Positions 11,943-21,150 of a DNA stretch of 64,000 bases are shown in pieces. The first letter of the stretch is position 1. Each line of letters opens with the position of its first letter. The stretch lies in assembly GCF_056712565.1 (NCBI RefSeq), contig NZ_CM160072.1. One strand, 5' to 3'. Made by a program: the position numbers and the translations under genes. Below the pieces are notes generated by a model. The model was not told where the DNA came from and made no database searches. It worked only from the letters and a program-made list of their open reading frames with translations.

Positions 11943-12995
11943 TCAAAATTCCGCGTACATGCGACCGGGGTTAAACACGCCGCAAGGATCGAGCTGCTGT
12001 TTAAGCTGCTGGTGATAGCGGAATAAAGGTGCCGGTAGCGGGGCAAAGCCACCGTCTCCGGCACTAAACCGGGTCGCATGACCGCCAGCGTTGCGGGCGA
12101 TGCGATGGATTTGATTATCATCGGCTGTCGATTTCAGCCAGCGTAACGCCCCGCCCCAGTCGATCAGTTGCTCGCCGGGTAAATCCATCATCGGCGCATC
12201 ACTGGGTAATGAAATGCGCCATAAGGTACCTGGTAACGAGAAGAACGGCAGTTGTTGTTCACGCAATTGCTGCCAGAACTGACCTGCAACCTCTTCGCCA
12301 CCCAGCAGTTCACGCGCTGCTTTTACCGATCCTTCGCCGCCCTCAAGGCGGATCCACAACGCATTGTCGAAGTAACATAAGCCACTAATGGGTAGCGGCT
12401 GGAGTTGCCACTGGGCGATTTCATTCATGGCTTCTTGCAGGCTGATTTCCCGACGCAGGCTCAGGGAGGCGCGCGGTCGCGGTAACACTTTCATCGAGAT
12501 TTCAGTGAGCACGCCAAGACAACCGTAGCTTCCGGCCATTAACCGTGAGAGATCGTATCCGGCAACGTTTTTCATCACTTCGCCACCAAAACGCAGATGT
12601 TTTCCAGTGCCGGTAATAATGCGCGTGCCGAGGACAAAATCGCGGACCGAACCACTCCACGGGCGACGCGGCCCCGCCAGCCCGCAAGCGACCATCCCGC
12701 CCCAGGTGGCTTCTTCACCATAATGCGGCGGCTCGCAGGGGAGCATTTGCCCGGCGCTCTCCAGCGCTGCTTCAATCGCCACCAGCGGCGTTCCGGCACG
12801 CGCGGTTATCACCAGCTCGGTCGGGTCGTAATTAACAATGCCGCGATGACAACGCACATCCAGCGTTTGCCCGGTGACAGGGCGACCTAAAAAGGCTTTA
12901 CTATTGCTGCCCTGAATCACCAGCGGCGTTTTATCGCTAATCGCCTGATTCACCTGCTCCAGCAGCGCCTGGCTGTAATCACACTCGCGTAGCAT
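11943..12995 (-). CDS. glcE: Glycolate oxidase FAD-binding subunit, 350 aa
   Basis: 350-aa FAD-binding PCMH-type domain protein; operon position. Confidence 0.9.
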   Translation of the reverse strand: MLRECDYSQALLEQVNQAISDKTPLVIQGSNSKAFLGRPVTGQTLDVRCHRGIVNYDPTELVITARAGTPLVAIEAALESAGQMLPCEPPHYGEEATWGGMVACGLAGPRRPWSGSVRDFVLGTRIITGTGKHLRFGGEVMKNVAGYDLSRLMAGSYGCLGVLTEISMKVLPRPRASLSLRREISLQEAMNEIAQWQLQPLPISGLCYFDNALWIRLEGGEGSVKAARELLGGEEVAGQFWQQLREQQLPFFSLPGTLWRISLPSDAPMMDLPGEQLIDWGGALRWLKSTADDNQIHRIARNAGGHATRFSAGDGGFAPLPAPLFRYHQQLKQQLDPCGVFNPGRMYAEF

Positions 12996-14494
12996 CAGAA
13001 ACGCTCCAGTTCAGGAAAAGGTAAATGACCGTGATGCACATGCATGGCACCAAATTCAGCACAGCGGTGTAGCGTGGGAATGTTTTTTCCTGGGTTCAGC
13101 AAACCATCGGGGTCAAACGCCGCCTTGACCGCATGGAAGGTCGTGATTTCATCGCTGTTGAACTGGGCGCACATTTGATTGATTTTTTCGCGCCCGATGC
13201 CATGTTCCCCACTGATGCTGCCGCCAACTTCAACGCAGAGTTCGAGGATCTTCCCGCCCAGTTCTTCCGCGCGGGCAAATTCACCGGGTTCGTTGGCATC
13301 GAAAAGGATTAACGGGTGCATGTTGCCGTCTCCGGCATGAAAGACGTTGGCAACGCGTAAATCATATTGCTGCGATAAACGGGCAATGCCTTCCAGTACG
13401 CCTGGCAGGGCGCGGCGCGGGATGGTGCCATCCATGCAGTAGTAATCCGGGGAGATACGTCCTACCGCCGGGAACGCATTTTTGCGACCGGCCCAGAAAC
13501 GTACTCGCTCTGCTTCGTCCTGTGCCAGACGGACGTCAGTCGCACCCGCGTTCAACAAGATGTCGTTAACCCGCTCGCAGTCTTCCTGTACGTCAGACTC
13601 CACGCCGTCCAGTTCGCATAACAAAATCGCTTCGGCATCGACGGGATAACCGGCATGAATAAAATCTTCCGCCGCGCGAATCGACAGGTTATCCATCATC
13701 TCCAGCCCACCGGGGATAATGCCATTGGCGATGATGTCACCAACCGCAAGTCCGGCTTTTTCTACCGAGTCAAAGCTGGCTAACAGAACCCGCGCCACGG
13801 GCGGCTTCGGCAACAGCTTCACCGTTACTTCGGTGGTCACGCCGAGCATACCTTCCGATCCGGTAAACAGCGCCAGCAGGTCAAAACCAGGCGAATCCAG
13901 CGCGTCCGATCCCAGCGTCAGCGCCTCGCCATCCAGCATTTGCACTTCAATTTTCAGCAGGTTATGTACGGTTAGACCATATTTCAGGCAGTGAACGCCA
14001 CCGGCATTTTCCGCCACATTGCCGCCAATCGAACAGGCGATTTGTGAGGACGGATCCGGCGCGTAATAGAGATTATGCGGCGCAACGGCCTGGGAGATCG
14101 CCAGGTTACGCACGCCCGGCTGCACGCGCGCGCGGCGACCGATGGGGTTAATGTCGAGGATCTCTTTAAAGCGCGCCATCACCAACAACACACCTTTTTC
14201 CAGCGGCAGCGCGCCACCAGAAAGCCCGGTGCCTGCGCCACGGGTCACCACCGGCACACGCAGGCGGTGGCAGACAGCCAGAATCGCCGTCACCTGTTCC
14301 ATCTGCTTAGGCAGAACAACCAGTAATGGACGCGTGCGATACGCGCTCAACCCGTCACACTCGTAAGGAATGATCTCCTCATCGGTATGCAGGATCTCCA
14401 GTCCAGGGACATGCTCACGCAGTGCCATCAGTACCGATGTGCGGTCGACTTCGGGTAAAGCGCCATCAAGACGCTCTTCGTACAAGATGCTCAT
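12995..14494 (-). CDS. glcD: Glycolate oxidase subunit GlcD (FAD-linked oxidase), 499 aa
   Basis: 499-aa FAD-linked oxidase; first gene of operon, divergent from glcC. Confidence 0.92.
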   Translation of the reverse strand: MSILYEERLDGALPEVDRTSVLMALREHVPGLEILHTDEEIIPYECDGLSAYRTRPLLVVLPKQMEQVTAILAVCHRLRVPVVTRGAGTGLSGGALPLEKGVLLVMARFKEILDINPIGRRARVQPGVRNLAISQAVAPHNLYYAPDPSSQIACSIGGNVAENAGGVHCLKYGLTVHNLLKIEVQMLDGEALTLGSDALDSPGFDLLALFTGSEGMLGVTTEVTVKLLPKPPVARVLLASFDSVEKAGLAVGDIIANGIIPGGLEMMDNLSIRAAEDFIHAGYPVDAEAILLCELDGVESDVQEDCERVNDILLNAGATDVRLAQDEAERVRFWAGRKNAFPAVGRISPDYYCMDGTIPRRALPGVLEGIARLSQQYDLRVANVFHAGDGNMHPLILFDANEPGEFARAEELGGKILELCVEVGGSISGEHGIGREKINQMCAQFNSDEITTFHAVKAAFDPDGLLNPGKNIPTLHRCAEFGAMHVHHGHLPFPELERF

Positions 14495-14744
14495 GAGTAG
14501 GGTTCGCTTTGTTGTGTTGTGTGGCAGCTGATTTTTTCGCGCTGCTTCTGTGAACAGTTATTAAGCGGGCTTTTCGTTTTCGTCTATCTCTTTAGCTACC
14601 GGTCAGACCATTTTTTTTCCAGCTCTGTGACCTTGCTTTGGTTAACTTAATGTTAAATTGATGTAACATAATCACTTACGTGATGTGCGTGTTTTGCGAG
14701 TTAAGAACAGAAAAATTGGTCCTACCTGTGCACGAGGTCCGGGA
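14495..14744. promoter_or_regulatory. Divergent glcC / glcDEFGBA control region
   Basis: 250-bp non-coding spacer between divergently oriented glcD and glcC; regulatory role inferred from known glc regulon organisation, no individual site resolved. Confidence 0.5.
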
Positions 14745-15509
14745 ATGAAAGATGAACGTCGCCCTATTTGCGAAGTGGTTGCAGAGAGTATCGAACGGTT
14801 AATTATCGACGGCGTGTTGAAGGTCGGTCAGCCGCTTCCCTCGGAACGTCGGCTGTGTGAAAAGCTCGGCTTCTCACGCTCCGCACTGCGTGAAGGGCTG
14901 ACCGTGCTGCGCGGGCGCGGGATTATTGAAACGGCGCAGGGTCGCGATTCTCGTGTCGCACGGCTTAATCGGGTGCAGGACGCCAGCCCGCTGATCCATC
15001 TGTTCAGTACGCAGCCGCGAACGCTGTACGATCTGCTCGACGTTCGCGCATTACTGGAGGGCGAATCGGCAAGGCTGGCGGCAACGCTGGGAACCCAGGC
15101 TGATTTTGTTGTGATAACCCGCTGTTATGAAAAAATGCTCGCCGCCAGTGAGAACAACAAAGAGATTTCGCTGATCGAACATGCGCAGTTGGATCACGCT
15201 TTCCATCTCGCCATTTGTCAGGCTTCTCACAATCAGGTGCTGGTGTTTACGCTGCAATCATTGACCGACCTGATGTTTAATTCGGTGTTTGCCAGCGTAA
15301 ATAATCTCTACCATCGACCACAGCAAAAAAAGCAGATCGATCGCCAGCATGCGCGGATCTACAACGCGGTGTTGCAGCGGCTGCCGCACGTTGCCCAGCG
15401 CGCAGCACGCGATCATGTGCGGACCGTGAAAAAGAATCTCCACGATATCGAGCTGGAAGGCCACCATTTGATTCGCTCGGCGGTGCCGCTGGAGATGAAG
15501 CAGGGGTGA
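14745..15509 (+). CDS. glcC: GntR/FadR-family transcriptional activator of the glc operon, 254 aa
   Basis: ORF 14685..15509 trimmed to ATG at 14745 (MKDERRPICEVV); N-terminal winged HTH, C-terminal FCD domain. Confidence 0.9.
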   Translation: MKDERRPICEVVAESIERLIIDGVLKVGQPLPSERRLCEKLGFSRSALREGLTVLRGRGIIETAQGRDSRVARLNRVQDASPLIHLFSTQPRTLYDLLDVRALLEGESARLAATLGTQADFVVITRCYEKMLAASENNKEISLIEHAQLDHAFHLAICQASHNQVLVFTLQSLTDLMFNSVFASVNNLYHRPQQKKQIDRQHARIYNAVLQRLPHVAQRAARDHVRTVKKNLHDIELEGHHLIRSAVPLEMKQG

Positions 15510-15515
15510 CTGCCA

Positions 15516-16658
15516 TCAAATCTGCTTTTCATACAATCGGTAACGCTTGTACGGCTCCGCCCCAATGCGTTCCAGCATGTTATTCATGCCTGTATTGGTT
15601 TCGAGGATCCATGACATTTCCAGCGCATCGATCTTCCGGCGGGCAAACGGATCGTGTAAGGCTTCAATCAATAACAGCGCAATCACCGGGCCGATGCGGC
15701 TGAACTGATACTCGTCCCGCACGCCCATCAGCGGCACTCGCGCAGTTCGCACACCGCTGACTTTCAAACGCCACAGCAATTTTGCCCAGCCGAAGGGAAA
15801 GAGCGATCCGTTCAGATCGACAATCGCCTCGTTGATGTTCGGCAAGCCAACAATAAACGCGCAGGGTGCAGAATCAATCTCAGCGATGTAGATCATATCG
15901 TCCGGCACCAGATATTTAAGTTGATCGCCCATGGTCGCGAATTCATGTTCGGTAAACGGCACAAATCCCCAGTTGTGCTGCCAGCCAGAATTGAAAATCT
16001 CACGCAGGATCTGCATATCTTCGGCAAACCGCTGGCGATTGATGCAGCGAATGGTCACTTTTTTGCGCACCTGATCCATCAGTTTTTTTAGCGCCGGAGA
16101 GAAAGTGAGATCGGTTCGCTGCATCCACCACGCCAGTAAATCAATGCCTTTGTGATAACCCAGTTGTTCAATATGCGCGGCATACCACGGTTTGCCGTGT
16201 GGCATCATCGCACAGGGCGGAGTGTCAAAACCTTCAATCAGTAATCCGCTTTCCTGATTGATATTCAGGCTGAAAGGCCCGCTGATCTTACTTGCACCTT
16301 GTGACTTCAACCACGCTTCCGCTGTACCAAACAACGCGGCAAAAACCTGCGGATCATCAATGGAGTCAATCATGCCGAAATGACCGGTATCTTCACCGTA
16401 ACGCTCACGGTGCAAGGTATCGATTTGCGCGGTAATCCGCCCGACTATCTGCCCGGCTTTTTTTGCTACCCACGCCTGCCAGATGATATGGTCCGTCCCC
16501 GGATTCTTCGCAGACAAATGCTCGCTGCGTTCAATGAATAAAGGGGGTATCCAGTTTGGATCATCGGGATAAAGTGATGACGGAAAAGCGATAAATGCCT
16601 TAAGGTCTTTTTTATTAATTACTTTTTCAATTTTAATCATCAGCAGATCGCATTCCAT
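15516..16658 (-). CDS. yghO: YghO, GNAT-fold-like putative N-acyltransferase (start uncertain; alternative ATG at 16640)
   Basis: 380-aa ORF, soluble, divergent from the lipid-biosynthesis-like operon; family assignment by sequence character only, not verified. Confidence 0.7.
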   Translation of the reverse strand: MECDLLMIKIEKVINKKDLKAFIAFPSSLYPDDPNWIPPLFIERSEHLSAKNPGTDHIIWQAWVAKKAGQIVGRITAQIDTLHRERYGEDTGHFGMIDSIDDPQVFAALFGTAEAWLKSQGASKISGPFSLNINQESGLLIEGFDTPPCAMMPHGKPWYAAHIEQLGYHKGIDLLAWWMQRTDLTFSPALKKLMDQVRKKVTIRCINRQRFAEDMQILREIFNSGWQHNWGFVPFTEHEFATMGDQLKYLVPDDMIYIAEIDSAPCAFIVGLPNINEAIVDLNGSLFPFGWAKLLWRLKVSGVRTARVPLMGVRDEYQFSRIGPVIALLLIEALHDPFARRKIDALEMSWILETNTGMNNMLERIGAEPYKRYRLYEKQI

Positions 16659-17028
16659 ATCTCTGTGGATAACAAATAATTAACGGTGAAAAACAGGTTG
16701 CAACAGCAACGAACGGCATCTTAATAATCAACCCAATGAATACAAACAAAGAATAAATAGTATTTATTAATGATTACGATAAGGTCAAAGACTACACAGA
16801 AGCGCCACAATGCCTCTTGTCGATTTAAGGCGACCGGACAAGGCTCCTTCTTAATATATTCACAAATTAAATATCATTCACAATAAAAACAAAAAAGCCA
16901 AACTTATTATTTAAATCAATGTTCATTTTCACACCGATGAAAATACTATCTCATTTATCTTTTATGCCTATATAATCCACCGCATTATTGTCATTTTATT
17001 TTTGATATCCAATTTTTTCGTGGTGTAT

Positions 17029-18753
17029 ATGTCTAATAAAATCTTTACGCATTCCCTACCTATGCGCTATGCCGATTTTCCAACGCTGGTTGATGCTTTG
17101 GACTACGCCGCTCTGAGTAGCGCCGGAATGAATTTTTATGACAGACGTTGCCAACTTGAAGATCAACTGGAATATCAGACGTTAAAAGCGCGTGCCGAAG
17201 CTGGTGCGAAAAGGTTGTTATCGCTGAACCTGAAAAAAGGCGATCGCGTGGCGCTGATTGCCGAAACGAGTAGCGGGTTTGTAGAGGCTTTTTTTGCCTG
17301 CCAGTATGCCGGCTTAGTCGCCGTCCCGTTGGCGATTCCAATGGGCGTAGGTCAGCGGGATTCCTGGAGCGCCAAACTGCAGGGTTTACTGGCAAGTTGC
17401 CAGCCCGCAGCCATTATCACTGGTGATGAGTGGTTGCCACTGGTCAATGCCGCGACGCATAACAACAACCCCGAATTACATGTTTTAAGCCACGCCTGGT
17501 TTAAGGCATTACCGGAAGCCGATGTTGTGCTCCAGCGTCCAGTTCCAAACGATATCGCCTACCTCCAGTACACCTCCGGCAGCACCCGTTTTCCCCGTGG
17601 CGTCATTATCACCCATCACGAAGTGATGGCTAATCTACGTGCTATAAGCCACGATGGGATTAAATTACGCCCTGGCGACCGCTGCGTCTCCTGGCTGCCT
17701 TTCTACCATGATATGGGACTGGTCGGCTTTCTCCTGACCCCCGTCGCCACGCAGCTTTCAGTAGATTATTTGCGCACTCAGGATTTTGCCATGCGTCCTC
17801 TGCAATGGCTTAAATTGATCAGTAAAAATCGTGGCACCGTTTCCGTTGCACCGCCGTTTGGCTATGAATTGTGCCAGCGCCGCGTGAATGAAAAAGATCT
17901 CGCTGAACTGGATCTTTCCTGCTGGCGCGTCGCTGGTATTGGCGCAGAACCCATATCCGCAGAACAACTCCATCAATTCGCTGAATGTTTCCGTCAGGTT
18001 AACTTTGACGATAAAACTTTCATGCCGTGCTACGGACTGGCAGAAAATGCGCTGGCTGTCAGCTTCTCTGATGAAGCCTGCGGGGTTGTGGTTAACGAAG
18101 TGGATCGCGACATCCTCGAATACCAGGGTAAAGCCGTCGCGCCGGGTGCTGAAACACGCGCCGTATCGACTTTCGTCAACTGCGGTAAAGCGTTGCCGGA
18201 ACATGGCATTGAAATCCGCAATGAAGCAGATATACCTGTCGCGGAACGTGTGGTAGGCCATATTTGCATCTCCGGCCCCAGCCTGATGAGCGGGTACTTT
18301 GGCGACCAGGTTTCGCAAGACGAGATTGCCGCGACGGGCTGGTTAGACACCGGCGACCTTGGTTATCTGCTGGACGGTTATCTGTATGTCACCGGACGCA
18401 TTAAAGATCTGATTATTATTCGTGGCCGTAATATCTGGCCGCAGGATATTGAATACATTGCGGAACAGGAGCCGGAAATTCATTCTGGCGATGCGATTGC
18501 TTTTGTTACCGCCCAGGAAAAAATCATTTTGCAGATCCAGTGTCGGATCAGCGACGAAGAACGTCGCGGGCAGCTTATCCACGCGCTGGCAGCTCGGATC
18601 CAAAGCGAATTTGGCGTTACCGCGGATATCGATCTGTTGCCGCCCCACAGTATTCCCCGAACATCCTCCGGCAAGCCTGCCCGTGCGGAAGCGAAAAAAC
18701 GTTATCAGAAGGCTTATGCTGCCAGTCTTCATGTGCAGGAATCCCTGGCATGA
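17029..18753 (+). CDS. Fatty acyl-AMP ligase / acyl-ACP synthetase (AMP-binding adenylate-forming superfamily)
   Basis: AMP-binding signature YTSGSTRFPRGV; about 575 aa; start chosen at ATG 17029 preceded by ggtg (track ORF begins at TTG 17002); stop overlaps next gene start (ATGA). Confidence 0.85.
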   Translation: MSNKIFTHSLPMRYADFPTLVDALDYAALSSAGMNFYDRRCQLEDQLEYQTLKARAEAGAKRLLSLNLKKGDRVALIAETSSGFVEAFFACQYAGLVAVPLAIPMGVGQRDSWSAKLQGLLASCQPAAIITGDEWLPLVNAATHNNNPELHVLSHAWFKALPEADVVLQRPVPNDIAYLQYTSGSTRFPRGVIITHHEVMANLRAISHDGIKLRPGDRCVSWLPFYHDMGLVGFLLTPVATQLSVDYLRTQDFAMRPLQWLKLISKNRGTVSVAPPFGYELCQRRVNEKDLAELDLSCWRVAGIGAEPISAEQLHQFAECFRQVNFDDKTFMPCYGLAENALAVSFSDEACGVVVNEVDRDILEYQGKAVAPGAETRAVSTFVNCGKALPEHGIEIRNEADIPVAERVVGHICISGPSLMSGYFGDQVSQDEIAATGWLDTGDLGYLLDGYLYVTGRIKDLIIIRGRNIWPQDIEYIAEQEPEIHSGDAIAFVTAQEKIILQIQCRISDEERRGQLIHALAARIQSEFGVTADIDLLPPHSIPRTSSGKPARAEAKKRYQKAYAASLHVQESLA

Positions 18754-19664
18754 ATCAAACTGTCGCGGTGACGGGCGCTACCGGGTTTATCGGTAAATAT
18801 ATTATTGATAACCTGCTCGCCCGCGGCTTTCATGTTCGCGCATTGACGCGTACTGCCCGCGCTCACGTCAATGATAATCTCACTTGGGTGCGCGGTTCGC
18901 TGGAAGATACACATTCGCTTAGCGAACTGGTTGCCGGAGCCAGCGCGGTGGTCCATTGCGCCGGGCAAGTGCGCGGGCACAAAGAAGAGATTTTTACCCG
19001 CTGCAACGTTGACGGCAGCCTGCGCCTGATGCAAGCGGCAAAAGAGAGCGGCTTTTGCCAACGTTTTCTGTTTATCTCTTCGCTGGCGGCGCGCCATCCC
19101 GAACTCTCCTGGTACGCAAATTCCAAACACGTCGCTGAACAACGGCTGACTGCAATGGCTGACGAAATTACGTTGGGCGTTTTTCGCCCGACAGCCGTGT
19201 ATGGTCCCGGCGATAAAGAGTTAAAACCGCTGTTTGACTGGATGCTGCGCGGTCTGCTGCCACGACTTGGCACGCCAGAGACACAGCTCTCTTTTCTTCA
19301 CGTCACCGATTTTGCGCAAGCAGTGAGTCAGTGGTTAAGCGCCGAAACTGTACAGACGCAAACCTATGAATTATGCGATGGCGTCGCCGGAGGCTATGAC
19401 TGGCAACGTGTCCAACAGCTTGTTGCCGATGTCCGCTGTGGTTCCGTGCGGATGGTCGGTATTCCTCAGCCGCTACTCACCTGCCTTGCGGATATCAGTA
19501 CCGCGTTGAACCGTCTGGCGGGTAAAGAACCGATGCTGACTCGTTCGAAAATCCGTGAATTAACCCATGCCGACTGGTCGGCAAGTAATAACCGTATTTC
19601 TGAAGATATTAATTGGTTTCCCGGGATTAGCCTGGAACACGCATTACGCAACGGGCTATTTTGA
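18750..19664 (+). CDS. NAD(P)-dependent epimerase/dehydratase-family (extended SDR) reductase, 304 aa
   Basis: N-terminal Rossmann motif VTGATGFIGK; ATG at 18750 overlaps upstream stop tga 18751-18753; in frame inside track ORF 18540..19664. Confidence 0.8.
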   Translation: MNQTVAVTGATGFIGKYIIDNLLARGFHVRALTRTARAHVNDNLTWVRGSLEDTHSLSELVAGASAVVHCAGQVRGHKEEIFTRCNVDGSLRLMQAAKESGFCQRFLFISSLAARHPELSWYANSKHVAEQRLTAMADEITLGVFRPTAVYGPGDKELKPLFDWMLRGLLPRLGTPETQLSFLHVTDFAQAVSQWLSAETVQTQTYELCDGVAGGYDWQRVQQLVADVRCGSVRMVGIPQPLLTCLADISTALNRLAGKEPMLTRSKIRELTHADWSASNNRISEDINWFPGISLEHALRNGLF

Positions 19665-19695
19665 TTGTCTTGTTTAAAGGTGTGTTAACGTTTCT

Positions 19696-19944
19696 ATGGT
19701 AAATCGTGAAATAGTAATGGATTACATCCTTTCCTGTTTACAGGATTTGGTCGAAAACGGTGTGGAAATTAAGCCCGACAGCGATCTCGTCAACGATCTT
19801 GGCCTGGAGTCGATCAAAGTGATGGATCTCTTAATGATGCTGGAAGACAGATTCGATATTTCCATTCCTATTAATATTCTGCTGGATGTCAAAACCCCTG
19901 CGCAATTAATGGAAACTCTACTTCCATGGCTGGAGAATAACTAA
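19696..19944 (+). CDS. Acyl carrier protein (start may be ATG 19717)
   Basis: About 80 aa, acidic, with phosphopantetheine-attachment-like motif DLGLESIKVMDL. Confidence 0.8.
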   Translation: MVNREIVMDYILSCLQDLVENGVEIKPDSDLVNDLGLESIKVMDLLMMLEDRFDISIPINILLDVKTPAQLMETLLPWLENN

Positions 19945-21116
19945 TGGGGCTATACGATAAATATGCGCGCCTTGCTGGCGAGCGCCTGCAATTTAGTGAC
20001 AACGGGTTAACACCATTTGGCACCTGTATTGATGAAGTGTATTCCGCCACCGAAGGCCGGATCGGCAATAAAAAAGTGATTCTGGCCGGGACCAATAATT
20101 ATCTCGGTTTAACCTTTAATCATGATGCTATCCGCGAAGGTCAGGCAGCGTTAGCGGCCCAAGGCACCGGCACCACCGGTTCTCGTATGGCAAACGGCAG
20201 TTATGCGCCGCATCTGGCGTTAGAGAAAGAGATTGCCGAGTTTTTCAATCGCCCTACCGCTATCGTTTTTTCAACCGGTTATACCGCTAATTTAGGCGTC
20301 ATCAGCACACTTGCCGACCATAACGCCGTGGTGTTACTGGATGCCGACAGCCACGCCAGTATTTATGACGCCTGTTCTCTCGGCGGCGCGGAGATTATTC
20401 GTTTCCGCCATAATGACGTCAACGATCTGGAACGGCGCATGGTCCGCCTCGGTGAACGGGCGAAAGAGGCGATTATTATCGTTGAAGGCATCTACAGTAT
20501 GCTCGGTGACGTTGCGCCGCTGGCAGAAATTGTTGATATCAAACGTCGTCTCGGCGGATATTTAATTGTCGATGAAGCACATTCGTTTGGCGTGTTAGGC
20601 GCTACGGGGCGCGGACTGGCCGAAGCTGTCGGCGTTGAAGACGACGTGGATATTATCGTTGGCACCTTCAGTAAAAGTCTGGCCTCGATTGGCGGTTTTG
20701 CTGTCGGTTCGGAAGCGATGGAAGTGCTGCGCTACGGCAGCCGCCCGTATATTTTTACCGCCTCTCCTTCTCCGTCCTGCATTGCGACCGTGCGCTCGTC
20801 GTTAAGAACCATTGCCTCACAACCAGAGCTGCGCCAAAAGCTGATGGATAACGCCAACCATCTGTATGATGGTCTGCAAAAACTGGGTTACGAGTTAAGT
20901 TCACATATTAGCCCGGTAGTGCCAGTAATAATCGGTTCGAAAGAGGAAGGTTTACGCATCTGGCGCAAGCTTATTTCGCTGGGCGTTTATGTGAATCTTA
21001 TCCTGCCACCTGCCGCGCCTGCTGGCATCACGCTGCTGCGCTGTAGCGTAAACGCTGCCCACAGTCGTGAGCAAATCGATGCCATCATTCAGGCATTTGC
21101 TACTCAGAAGCAGTAA
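19944..21116 (+). CDS. PLP-dependent alpha-oxoamine synthase (serine palmitoyltransferase / 8-amino-7-oxononanoate synthase-like), 390 aa
   Basis: Class I/II aminotransferase fold with GTFSKSLASIGGF (PLP lysine in T-F-S-K context typical of AONS/SPT/KBL); start overlaps ACP stop (taATG). Confidence 0.85.
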   Translation: MGLYDKYARLAGERLQFSDNGLTPFGTCIDEVYSATEGRIGNKKVILAGTNNYLGLTFNHDAIREGQAALAAQGTGTTGSRMANGSYAPHLALEKEIAEFFNRPTAIVFSTGYTANLGVISTLADHNAVVLLDADSHASIYDACSLGGAEIIRFRHNDVNDLERRMVRLGERAKEAIIIVEGIYSMLGDVAPLAEIVDIKRRLGGYLIVDEAHSFGVLGATGRGLAEAVGVEDDVDIIVGTFSKSLASIGGFAVGSEAMEVLRYGSRPYIFTASPSPSCIATVRSSLRTIASQPELRQKLMDNANHLYDGLQKLGYELSSHISPVVPVIIGSKEEGLRIWRKLISLGVYVNLILPPAAPAGITLLRCSVNAAHSREQIDAIIQAFATQKQ

Positions 21117-21121
21117 TGTGA

Positions 21122-21150
21122 ACCCGCCGTGGTGTTGCGCCACGGCGGGT
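21122..21150. terminator. Bidirectional hairpin between convergent operons (acccgccgtgg tgttgcg ccacggcgggt)
   Basis: Perfect 11-bp inverted repeat with 7-nt loop located in the 34-bp gap between converging stop codons; weak T-tract. Confidence 0.5.

Noticed and set aside
10709..12121. N-terminal extensions in track ORFs (glcF 470 aa, also metC, yqhC, hybD/E/F, yghU, yqhD and others)
   Set aside because: Track ORFs start at the most upstream ATG/GTG/TTG; internal ATGs with better RBS context and remembered homolog lengths were used instead, and the longer forms are not believed to be translated
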